From the NCBI GenBank assembly GCA_951406725.2, contig OX597814.1, positions 206,770,001 to 206,834,000 on the forward strand: a stretch of DNA of 64,000 bases, given 5' to 3'. The notes under the pieces are model-generated. The model saw nothing but the letters and a program-made list of their open reading frames with translations. It did not search any database and was not told the DNA's origin. A program made the translations under genes and the position numbers. The number at the start of each line of letters is the position of its first letter. Positions within the stretch are counted from its first letter, which is position 1. Of this stretch, positions 47,089 through 58,719 are shown in pieces. Source of the DNA: Octopus vulgaris (Eukaryota).

Positions 47089-50000
47089 TCATCATCATCA
47101 TCATCATCGTTTAACGTCTGTTTTCCGCGCTAGCACATGTTGGACAGTTCGACCGGGGTCTGGGGAGCCAGGGGCTGCACCAGGCTCCAGTCTGATCAGG
47201 CAGTGTTTCTACAGCTGGATGCCGTTCCTAATGCCAACCACTCTGTGAGTGTAGTGGGTGCTTTTTACGTGCCACCTGCACAGGTGCCAGGGGGGTCTGG
47301 CATCGGCCACGATCGGTTGGTTCTTTTAATGTGCCACTGGCACGGAAGCCAGCCAAGGTGGCGCTGGCATCAGTCACGTTTGGATGGTGCTTTTTATGTG
47401 CCACCGGCACAGAAGCTAGTCGAGGCGGCACTGGCATTGGCCACGCTTGGATGTTGCTTTTTATGTGCCACCGGCACAGAAGCCAGTCGAGGCGGTGCTG
47501 ACAATGGCCACGTTCGGATGGTGCTTTTTATGTGCCACCGGCACAGGTATCACAACCACTATTTCCATTGATATTTGTTTCGATGTTCATGTACATGCAC
47601 TTGACTCAACAGGTCTCCTCAAGCACAGCGAGATGTTCTGGGCTCCAAGGTACTTTGAATGGGCAGGGGCTATGCGGAACTGGTGCCGGAAGCATCCCGG
47701 GTCTTTGTAGTCACAGCACATCTCCAGAGATCTCGGTCCTTCGCCATTGCCTCAGTGAGGCCCAACGCTCTGAGGTCATGCTTGACTACCTCATCCCATG
47801 TCTTCCTGGGTCTACCTCTCCCCCTGATTCCTTCAACTGTTTGGGAGCGGCACTTCTTCACACATCTCTCCTCATCCATCCGCAGTACATGACCATACCA
47901 TCGCAAGCGTCACTCTTGCACACCGCATCTGATGCTTCTTATGTCTACCATTTCTCTCAGGGTGCTTACACTGTCGTGCATTCACACTGACATTACACAT
48001 CCAGCTGATCATGCTAGCTTCATTTCTTTCAAGTCTACGCATGTCCTCTGCAGTCACGGCCCATGTTTCACTGCCGTGAAGCATGGCAGTTCGCACACAT
48101 GCATCATACAATCTACCTTTCACTCTGAGTGAGAGACCCTTTGTCGCCAGTAGGGGTAGGAGCTTTCTAAACTTTGCCCAGGCTATTCGTATTCTAGTGG
48201 TGACACTCTCTGAGCATCCACCTCCACTACTAACTTGGTCACCCAGGTAGCGGAAACTATCAACTACTTCTAGTTTCTCCCCTGGAGTGTGATGGAATCT
48301 GTTTTCTGAGTATTTGTGGTGTCTATTGTCCCTGTGCATCTGCCGCACATGAAAGCTATCTTATCAGTTAATTTCCCTTTGATGTTGCTGCACCTCTTAT
48401 GCGTCCATAGCTTACACTGGGTGCATCTTATGGAGTTTCTACCTACACCTTTCCTACAGATCGAGCAGGGCCACCTGCCCGATGGGGTGTGTGCTGAGTT
48501 CGCCTTTCTGCTTACTATAACTTTGGTCTTCGCTACATTTACTCTAAGGCCCTTTGATTCTAACCCTTGTTTCCACACCCAAAATTTCTTTTCTAGTTCC
48601 GGTAGTGATTCTGCTATGAGAGCCAGGTCATCAGCATAGAGGAGCTCCCAGGGGCAACCTGTTTTGAATTCCTCTGTTATTGCCTGGAGGACTATGATGA
48701 ATAAAAGGGGACTGAGGGCTGAGCCTTGGTGTACACCTACTTCTACCTGGAATTCTTCACTATATTCGTTGCCAATCCTAACCTTGCTGACAGCCTCTCT
48801 GTATAGAGCCTGTACAGCCCTTATTAGCCATTCGTCAATCTCCAGTTTCCGCATCGACCACCAGATAAGGGATTGGGGAACCCTGTCAAAGGCTTTCTCC
48901 AAGTCCACAAAAGCTATGTAGAGGGGTTTATCTTTAGCTAGGTACTTCTCCTGCAGTTGTCGGACCAGGAATATAGCATCAGTGGTGCTTCTACCGGCAC
49001 AAAACCGAACTGCATCTCATCTAAGCAAATTCTCTCCCTAATGAGATGGGTTATGACCCTCTCTGTGACCTTCATCACCTGATCCAGCAGTTTGATACCC
49101 CTGTAGTTATTTCTATCTAAAGCATCACTTTCACCTTTATAGAAGTTGACTATGGTGCTGTTACACCAGTCATTGGGTATGACTCCATTATGAACTACCT
49201 GGTTTACAATGCGGGTGACTAGGCCATAGCCCACATAACCAGCTGTTTTAAGCATCTCAGCAGTGATACCTGATGGGCCGGGTCTTTACCTGGTTTCATA
49301 CCCTTAATTGCCTTAACTACAAGGGAGCTGTCTATTTGGATAGCTGGTCCCTCTACTGGGTCAACATTTGGCAGGCCTCTCCTCCCTTCATTCTCCACAT
49401 TCAGCAGTCTTTCATAATGGCTTCTCCAAGCCTCTTTCTTTTCACCAACATTAAAAGCAAGTGCCCCATCATCCATGCGGACACATTTCTCTCCTGTAAC
49501 ATCACTATTTTCTCTCACACACTGTCTAGCAATCCGAAATACCTCAGTTCTTTGGTCCTCATGTCGCTGGACATAGGCAAACTTCTTTTCTGCTATATCT
49601 TTGGCTATGTATACCTGCCGCCCGGCCTCCATTTTGGCTACTTGGTACGGTTCCCTGCTACCCCCATCCCTCCAGGCCTGTTTCTTTGCACTAATGGCTT
49701 TGTCTACTGCACTATTCCACCACCACGTAACTCTAGGTCTGGAAGGGACTTTGCACCATCCAGACTTGGTCTGTGGCACTCAGCAAGCTGTCCCGTAGGA
49801 ATTTCCAGCTACCTTCTATGTCCGACGTCTGTAGCTCCTCCTCCCTCTCATCAAATTTCTTGATGAGGATGTCCCTAAATCTCTGACCATGTGAAGGGTT
49901 CTTTAGCTTCCAAATCCTTCTTTTCTGGATTGGTCTGTTTCTTGGAGTCCTTCTGGCCTCGAGCCTAAAGTCACTAATGATTAGCCTATGCTGAGGGATA

Positions 50001-52950
50001 TACTCTTCACCCAGGAGGGTCTTTGTATTTAAGAGCAACCCTGCATCCCGCTGTCTGGTGAGGATGAAGTCTATTTGGCTAGCGGAGTCTCCTGACTGAT
50101 AAGTTATAAGGTGGCAGTCAGGCTTCCTGAAGTTAGTGTTGCAGATTAAAAGGTTACATGCATCACAGAATTCCAGTAGTCTAGTTCCCTCATCATTTCT
50201 GGTGCCAATACCATGGCCACCGTGTACCCCAGTGAAGATACCCGATTCCCACCCAACATGCCCATTAAAGTCTTCACCCACAAAGATGAGGTCCTTGCCA
50301 CTAGTCTTTGAGGTAGCCTGTAGAAGGGTATCATAAAAGTGGTCCTTCTGATCATTTGGTAGCCCCGCATGTGGGGCATAGGCGGAGATAATCATAGCTG
50401 TGCCACTCTGTAGGACTAACCTGAGCTTAAGCACTCTATCGCAAACCCTGACAACCTCTATGACCTTATCCACCCATTTCTCCGCAAGGAGAATGCCTAC
50501 ACCCCCTACCCCATCCATGTTACCTTGCCAGAAGACTTTATACCTATGTTCCTTGCCTGTGAGGACCCTAGCTGAAGCACCTCTTGTATGCAGCATACAT
50601 CAACCCGTCTTCTCTCAAGCATCTCTACAATCTCACTAGACCTACCTTTCAGTGTACCAACATTGACAGTGCCAACTCTGAAAACTGGGAAGGAGATGTG
50701 GGGGGAGGGGTGCAATTCAGCACCTGAAAAGAAGAGGGTTGTTGTGGTAGTGGTGAACGTTTTTTAGGCATTTTTCGTCTGATCTCTCTTCCGACCTGAA
50801 AACATTCAAGCATTTAGGCATGCTAAGGTTCTGGCCCCTGCCTACGGCAGGGGCTGGTGTTAGCAGCATTGTGAGCATAAGCAGCAGCATTGTAAGTATA
50901 AGCATTAAGGTCATTGATGGTGTAGATGTAAGCTCTGTGGTAGAAATACTGAAATTCTAGGTGTTAGTAGTATTCTAAGCAAGCATTATTGTCATTGAGC
51001 AACGTGGTTTAAGCAGTGTAGCAGAAACATGGATATTCTAGAGATGGGCTGGGGGGGGTTCCAGCAGGGAGAAGAGAGAGTGGGGGAGGAAATGGGGGAG
51101 AGAGTGCAGGTAATATAGGGGAGCACCAGTGGGGAGGGGTGTTAGGAGAAACGATGACAGGTAGGGGTGGTGGCAGGTTCAAGACAAAATTAAACGTAGG
51201 ATATCACGAGAGGGGGGACTGGAAGGAGGGGAAGATAAGCAGGGGTAATACATAGTGAAATAGCGTATTGAGGAGGAGGGGTTCGAGGAGTAGACACCCA
51301 TAATGGTGGTGGGAGAAGGGATATCCGGTGTAGATGGAGAAATATATAGAGAGATATCGGGTATTGGTGGTGGGGGTGGGAAAGGGCGGGTGCACCGCGA
51401 ATGGCGAAGTTTTGATTCAGGAGAGAGCGGCAGATGTATGGAAAGAGAAGAATTAGGCAAACGGGGTTTGAAGAAACAATGTCATAGACAACGGACAAAT
51501 TATCGTAGAGAGCGAAGAAAGGACAAAGTAATATGGAGAAAGGAAGAAAGAAGGAAAGAAAGAAGAAATTATCAGCACATAGGGATGAATTATTACAAGA
51601 TAGGACTAAAAAAGATTATATTTTTGGGAGACAATCGAATGGCGAAGTTTTGATTCAAAGGAAGGAAAGAAGAATTTATCAGCACATAGGGGCGCAAAGG
51701 AAAGAAAGAAGAAATTATCAGCACATAGGAACGAATTATTACGAGATAGGACTAAAAAAGATTATATTTTTGGGAGACAATCGAATGGCGAAGTTTTGAT
51801 TCAAAGGAAGGAAAGAAGAATTTATCAGCACATAGGGGCGCAAAGGAAAGAAAGAAGAAATTATCAGCACATAGGAACGAATTATTACGAGATAGGACTA
51901 AAAAAGATTATATTTTTGGGAGACAATCGAATGGCGAAGTTTTGATTCAAAGGAAGGAAAGAAGAATTTATCAGCACATAGGGGCGCAAAGGAAAGAAAG
52001 AAGAAATTATCAGCACATAGGAACGAATTATTACGAGATAGGACTAAAAAAGATTATATTTTTGGGAGACAATCGAATGGCGAAGTTTTGATTCAAAGGA
52101 AGGAAAGAAGAATTTATCAGCACATAGGGGCGCAAAGGAAAGAAAGAAGAAATTATCAGCACATAGGGACGAATTATTACGAGATAGGACTAAAAAAGAT
52201 TATATTTTTGGGAGACAATCGAATGGCGAAGTTTTGATTCAAAGGAAGGAAAGAAGAATTTATCAGCACATAGGGGCGCAAAGGAAAGAAAGAAGAAATT
52301 ATCAGCACATAGGGACGAATTATTACGAGATAGGACTAAAAAAGATTATATTTTTGGGAGACAATCGAATGGCGAAGTTTTGATTCAAAGGAAGGAAAGA
52401 AGAATTTATCAGCACATAGGGGCGCAAAGGAAAGAAAGAAGAAATTATCAGCACATAGGAACGAATTATTACGAGATAGGACTAAAAAAGATTATATTTT
52501 TGGGAGACAATCGAATGGCGAAGTTTTGATTCAAAGGAAGGAAAGAAGAATTTATCAGCACATAGGGGCGCAAAGGAAAGAAAGAAGAAATTATCAGCAC
52601 ATAGGGATGAATTATTACGAGATAGGACTAAAAAAGATTATATTTTTGGGAGACAATCGAATGGCGAAGTTTTGATTCAAAGGAAGGAAAGAAGAATTTA
52701 TCAGCACATAGGGGCGCAAAGGAAAGAAAGAAGAAATTATCAGCACATAGGGACGAATTATTATGAGATAGGACTAAAAAAGATTATATTTTTGGGAGAC
52801 AATATCAACAACAGTTTAGCTCACGAAAAGAAGCAACATGCAGATTAGTAAATAGATAATACATTTTTTAGTGTTAGAGGCGAATGTTGTACGAGTGGTC
52901 AAGAAGTGAAAAGAAATTCTTAGCTTATCTAGCTTCGGCCATCGCTGCTC
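47089..52950 (-). mobile_element. Full-length but frameshifted RTE LINE with long 5' UTR
   Basis: VGTVNVGTLKGR/CCIQE (APE), SQIDFIL, NYRGIKLL, DLEKAFD, QGSALSP, YADD, PHD-like Cys cluster, (GAT)n tail at 47089-47108. Confidence 0.92.
51540..52803 (+). repeat. 146-bp tandem array (~8.7 copies) inside the RTE 5' region
   Basis: tgattcaaag recurs at 51651, 51797, 51943, 52089, 52235, 52381, 52527 and 52673. Confidence 0.95.
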
Positions 52951-52959
52951 GATGAACTA

Positions 52960-53362
52960 TTATCTTTTATCTTCTTCTTTTATCTTTTACTTGTTTCAGT
53001 CATTTGACTGCGGCCATGCTGGAGCACCGCCTTTAGTCGAGCAAATCGACCCCGGGACTTATTCTTTGTAAGCCCAGGACTTATTCTATCGGTCTCTTTT
53101 GCCGAACTGCTAAGTGACGGGGACGTAAACACACCAGCATCGGTTGTCAAGCAATGCTAGGGGGACAAACACACAAACACACACACATATATATATATAC
53201 ATATATACGACGGGCTTCTTTCAGTTTCCGTCTACCAAATCCACTCACAAGGCATTGGTCGGCCCGAGGCTATAGCAGAAGACACTTGCCCAAGATGCCA
53301 CGCAGTGGGACTGAACCCGGAACCATGTGGTTGGTTAGCAAGCTACTTACCACACAGCCACT
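52960..53362 (-). mobile_element. tRNA-derived SINE, nearly full length
   Basis: Same family. Confidence 0.88.
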
Positions 53363-53463
53363 CTATATATATATAGAAAAACTATTATATAGATAGAAAA
53401 CTATTTTAGAGATAGAAGACTATTATAGAGATACAAAACAATTGTATAGATAGAAAACTATTA
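53363..53463 (+). repeat. 19-bp minisatellite, block 3
   Basis: Same unit resumes after the RTE and SINE. Confidence 0.85.
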
Positions 53464-55253
53464 TCATCATCATCGTTTAGCGCCCGCTTTCCATGCTAGC
53501 ATGGGTTGGACGGTTCAACTGGGGTTTGGGAAGCCAGAAGGCTGCACCAGGCTCCAATCTGATCTGGCAAAGTTTCTACAGCTGGATGCCCTTCCTAATG
53601 CCAACCACTCCGTGAGTGTAGTGGTCGCTTTTTATGTGCCACCGGCATGGGGGCCAGGCGAGGCTGGCAACAGCCACGTTCAGATGGTTCGCTTACGAGC
53701 CCCCAGCACTGGTATCACAGCTACAATTTCCATTGATGTTGATCGATTTTGATTTTGATTCTGATTCTCACTTGCCTCAACAGGTCTTCACAAGTAGAGC
53801 TTTGTGTCACAGGAAGGAAAGGTATGCATAAGTGGACTGGCTACATCCCAGGTAGTGGCCATGGGTTATGGTCTCACTTGTCCTGCCGGGTCTTCTCACG
53901 CACAGCATACTTCCATAGGTCTCGGTCTCTAGTCATTTCCTCAGTGAGATGTAAAGTTCGAAGGTCGTGCTTCACCACCTCGTCCCAGGTTTTCCTGGGT
54001 CTACCTCTTCCACAGGTCCCCTCAACCCTTAGGGTGTAGCACTTTTTCACAAAACTATCTTCATCCATTCTTGTGACATGACCATACCAGCGCAAACGTC
54101 TCTCTTGCACACCACATCTGATGCTTCTTAGGTCCAACTTTACTCTCAGGGTACTTACACTCTGTTGAGTATGAACACTGACATTACACATCCATCGGAG
54201 CATACTGGCTTCATTTCTTGCGAGCTTACGCATGTCCTCAGCAGTCACGGCCCATGTTTCAGTACCATGCAGCATGGCTGTTCGTATACATGCATCATAC
54301 AGTCCGCCTTTTACTCTGAGTAAGAGGCCTTTTGTCACCAGCAAGGTTAAGAGCTCTCTGAAATTTGCCCAGGCTATTCTTACTCTAGCAACACACCCGC
54401 CCCCTCTACTGACTTGGTCACCTAGGTAACGGAAGCTATCAACTATTTCTAGTTTTTCTCCCTGGAATGTGGTGGAAGTTGGTCTCTGCGCATTTTTAGT
54501 GTTTATTGCTCCTGAGCATCTGCCACATACAAAAACTATTTTCCTAGTTAGCCTTCCTTTGACATTGCTGCACCTCTTATGTGTCCATAGCTTACACTTG
54601 GTGCATCTTATAGAGTTTCTACCTATGCCTTTTTGACAGATCGAGCAGGGCCATCTACCTGAAGGCGTTTGTGATTTGTCTACCTTCCTACTTATTAGGA
54701 CTTTGGTTTTAGCTAGGTTGACTCTGAAGCCCTTCGATTCTAATCCTTGCTTCCACACCTGAAACTTCTCTAGTTCTGATAGTGACTCAGCAATTAGAGT
54801 AAGGTCATCAGCATAGAGGAGCTCACAGGGGTATCCTGTCTTGAATTCCTCCGTTATTACCGGGAGGACTATGATAAATAGGAGGGGGCTGAGGACTGAA
54901 CCTTGGTGGACCCCAACCTCTACCCGGAATTCCTCACTGTACTCGTTGCCAACCCTCACCTTACTAGCAGCGTCCCTGTACATGGCTCGCACAGCTCTCA
55001 CTAACCATTCATCTATTCCTAGTTTCCTCATTGACCACCAGATAAGGGATCAGGGGACCCTGTCGAAGGTTTTCTCCATGTCAACAAAAGCCAGGTACAG
55101 GGGCTTACCTTTGGCTAGGTATTTCTCCTGCAGCTGCCTTACCAGGAATATAGCATCAGTGGTACTTTTCCCTGGCACGAACCCAAAATGCATCTCATCT
55201 AAACTAACTCTCTCTCTAATTAGTTGGGCTATGACCCTCTCCGTAACCTTCAT
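53464..55253 (-). mobile_element. 5'-truncated RTE LINE
   Basis: 385-aa ORF 53874-55031 with QGSVLSP, YADD, RRLRWYGHV; 3' UTR and (GAT)n tail. Confidence 0.93.
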
Positions 55254-55342
55254 TATGTCATACATAATAACAATAATAATAACAATAACAATAATAATAA
55301 CAACAACAACAACAATAACTATAATAATAATAATAATATTAA

Positions 55343-55882
55343 ATGCCCTGATGCAGTACCAGGCAGTGGCTCTCATGGCTTCTGATCTTAACTGATTGGA
55401 AGTGTTATCATGTTCATTGTTTCGTTTTGGTATAAAACATGGGCTACAGCAAATATTCTGCTCAATACCACTGATTTGCTTGTCAGTTGTTTGACCTTAA
55501 CCAGCTGAGCATGTCCCTTAGTGGCTGATGATATGTGCATCTCTGATCACGAGCAGAAGTAGCCATGTGTTGAGAGGGATTCTTTGGGGTTTGAATAATT
55601 CACCTCTGGAAACATGGGTGTTTCGTTCAACATCCTTAAACAACCCTTATTCAGGAACCGTTTGAGCAGGATGAGTAACTTGACCAGAAGAAAATTCTAA
55701 CTGGGCCCCACCTGCAAGGTCATGTGCTGTTTATCTTGATATGAGATCACCATGTCACGCACATATGGTTGTGATGCATGTGCCTGGTTTATCCTTATCA
55801 GACAGGTAGTCATGATGGGTATACTGGGCTTCGTATATTTTACCCCAGTGTCACTTTGATGGCATGCACTGCTCTCTCACTC

Positions 55883-55885
<3 letters not shown>
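55343..55885 (+). mobile_element. Unclassified interspersed repeat flanked by (AAT)n, likely a non-LTR 3' end
   Basis: More GC-rich 540-bp block bounded on both sides by (AAT)n/(AAC)n tracts; resembles a repeat I recall from octopus DNA. Confidence 0.5.
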
Positions 55886-55917
<32 letters not shown>

Positions 55918-56003
55918 TAATAATGATGATGATGACGATGATGATGATGATAATAATAATAATAATAATAATAATATCAGTTTTTCACTTTCATGTACCT
56001 TAC

Positions 56004-56057
56004 CTGTTTTCTTTCCAAAAAGCCACTGACGCCACGTTGATTCAGACTTGGGTGCAG
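56004..56057 (-). CDS. Candidate 54-nt upstream exon of PARP copy B
   Basis: Island of apparently non-repetitive sequence between repeats. Strong CAG|gtaagg donor, weaker T-rich ...atgtaag acceptor, phase 1 to 1, open (APKSESTWRQWLFGKKT). Joins the 39533 exon as G+AA=Glu. Confidence 0.45.
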
Positions 56058-56339
56058 CTTACATAAAAGAGTGAAAATGTAGAACAATAATATTAATGAT
56101 GATGATGATGATTTCATTTATTTGCCACAAGTGCGAAAGTTGAGGGAGACAATACAAAGACAAAGTCTGGTGGTTTACATATAATAAAGAAAAAAGAAAA
56201 AGGTATACACTGGGAAAGAGGAGATATATACATAGCATACAGAGGTATAAAAAACCAAGTGGGAGACAGGATGATCAGAGACGTGGCCCATTGTCCGAGA
56301 TTTCTCTGAAACCCCAAGAGCAAGTGCCTTCTCCAATTC

Positions 56340-57015
56340 CTTCTCTCTGACTCACAGGTCTACACTTAGAGAGGTACCATCCACTCTTGCCATTTTTGCA
56401 ACTTCCATCCATCTTTTGATAAACTCACTCGAGGACAGCACTTCCATCTCCACTTTCAATTTCCATTGAAAGAAGTCAATGAGAGCTCTACCAATGAGGA
56501 ATGTATCTGTCCTCATGCCCTTCAGCTTGGTCCACCAAACAAACTCTTTCACCACAGCCACCAGGCAAAGAAAAACTGCCTTGCCTGGCCAATTGAAGGA
56601 GGGTATCACTACAGACTTGGTTGACAGATGGATCCGTCATCTGTCTCACATGTGACAGTAACTGTTCAACATAACCTCACAAGTCAACAATGCTTAGACA
56701 CTGAACGAGGGTGTGCAGAACGTTTGTATCACTCTGTGAGCATCCCGGACAAGTCTGTCTCACAGCACATCCATGCCTGTAGAGCTTATCTCTAACCGAT
56801 GCTCCCCCATAGCACTGCCAAACCAAGGACATCTGGAAATTATCCATTCCGCAGCTTGTCTCCTGGACAAAGCTGCAGACTTGGGAGAAGAAAAAAAACC
56901 AAGACTGGGCACCTGGCACCTAGAATGTCGTCAGGTGCTCACAGCCCTCTACCTGTCAAGCAGTGGGGGTCAGTGGATGTTCTACTTTAGAAATTTATAG
57001 AGGATTAGTGGTGAG
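56340..57015 (-). mobile_element. Tx1/L1-like ORF2 3' fragment
   Basis: CPGCSQSDTNVLHTLVQC and VKEFVWWTKLKG, homologous to 42983-43500. Confidence 0.7.
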
Positions 57016-57054
57016 AAAGAGTAATGATGTTCTCATGTAAACTCTGGGTGTCGA

Positions 57055-57275
57055 TGAGAATTGAGCAAAAACCTTGAGAAGTACATGGAACAAATAGAGG
57101 CTGCAATAAGGGTGGAGCACTTGCAGAAAGCAGCACTGCTTGGAATTGCTCAAATATTCTGGAAGGTGCTCAAAAAATAAGAGGTGTTACCTTAGTTCAC
57201 TGGTAGTGAACAGTTGACACCGCAGTACATCTCCAGCATTAGAAGCTGTGCAAAGGCAATAATAATAATAATAAT
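57055..57275 (+). mobile_element. R4/Dong-like 3' end with (AAT)n tail
   Basis: Matches 63385-63520 (EHLQKAALLG...gtgcaaaggcaataataat). Confidence 0.78.
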
Positions 57276-57889
57276 CAGAGTACCAGCCTTGACAATGGCT
57301 GGACATGTTTTTCGCTGCTTTGACTAGTCAGCAGTTGAAGACACAGAAACATTAATACAACCCAGAAGGACAACTGAAAAAATAACTCTCAAAGACTGGA
57401 ATATCTACAATTTCCTGCAAGTATTTTAAATTTCTCTCAAAATAAGAAGCTTACATACCTACAGTTTTCGAACACACAAACAATCAGCTTTAAAAACTTT
57501 AATATCTACAACTTCTGTGAATACCTATCCTTTCCTTTCTCCCTGAGTATTCGAAAATGCAAACATCCTTTTTATGGCAAAAACACCACAGTCTTCTCTG
57601 ATCAGACATACAAACAGACATCTCTTAAAAAAATTTAGAAATTTTAATATTTACAATTTTATGCGAAAATTTTATCGTTCTTTTTACCCTGAATACCAGA
57701 ACATGTAAACATGCCTTTTATTGTAACAACACAAATAAATGCACGATAAAAAACAAAAAATTAAGGTAAGCACCTGCCAATATATACAAACTGCACAATT
57801 ACAAAAACTGTAAACCACAGCAAAACGTATAAAAAGAAAAGAAAAATTCCAAAGAAAAAAATTCAAAAATTCAATGTGTATGTGTGTGT

Positions 57890-58310
57890 ATTACTCTGTT
57901 ACTCTTTCACTTGTTTCAGTCATTTCACTGCGGCTATGCTGGAGCACCGCCTTTTGTCAAGCAAATCAACCCCAGGACTTACTCTTTGGAAGCCTAGTAC
58001 TTATTCTATCGGTATCTTTTGCTGAACCGCTAAGTTACAGGGATGTAAACACACCACCATCAGTTGCCAGGTGATGTTGGGGGACAAACAAAGACACACA
58101 AATATGTACACACGCATACATATATATATATATATACATATATACGACGGGCTTCTTTCAGTTTTCGTCTACCAAATCCACCCACAAGGTTTTGGTCAGC
58201 TCGAGGCTATAGTAGTAGACACTTGCCCTAGGTGCCATGCAGTAGGAACGAACTTGGAACCATGTGGTTGGTAAGCGAGCTACTTACCTCACAGCCACTC
58301 CTGTGCCTAT
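57890..58310 (-). mobile_element. tRNA-derived SINE, full length
   Basis: Same family, more diverged. Confidence 0.85.
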
Positions 58311-58719
58311 GATATATATATATATAAAATTATTTTTTCTATCAGTAACTAAAAATAGAACAAGGTGAATAGGTTCTTTTTCAAGGCCAAGGTCATCACT
58401 CTCATTGATCGCTAGTAGTAGTAAACTCATTTAACCTCTGCTGATCCCAAGGGTGGGAGGCCTCTTTTGTCTCCTTATCGCACAGGAATGTCCATTGCTA
58501 ATCTCTTCACCATCTGCCAAATCTATTTACAGACCTGTAGAATTTAATCTGCTCACCAAGCTGTCTCTTTTGCTCCTACTATTCCCTTAAACACTCACAT
58601 ATTTATGATCATCTCAAGTACAAGACAAAAGCTGAAACTAAACAACATTCAATAATACTTTTTAATAATAAATAGAATTAATAATAATGATGGTAATAAT
58701 GATAATAATAATAATAATT

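Noticed and set aside
51540-52803. Regularly spaced repeats superficially like a CRISPR array (also the 24-bp and 19-bp arrays)
   Set aside because: Units are contiguous with no unique spacers, there are no cas genes, and the context is eukaryotic.
57275-57430. Possible further PARP exon on the minus strand after a ttgcag acceptor (also near 58535)
   Set aside because: Early stop codons in the frames checked and no recognisable PARP or macrodomain motif.
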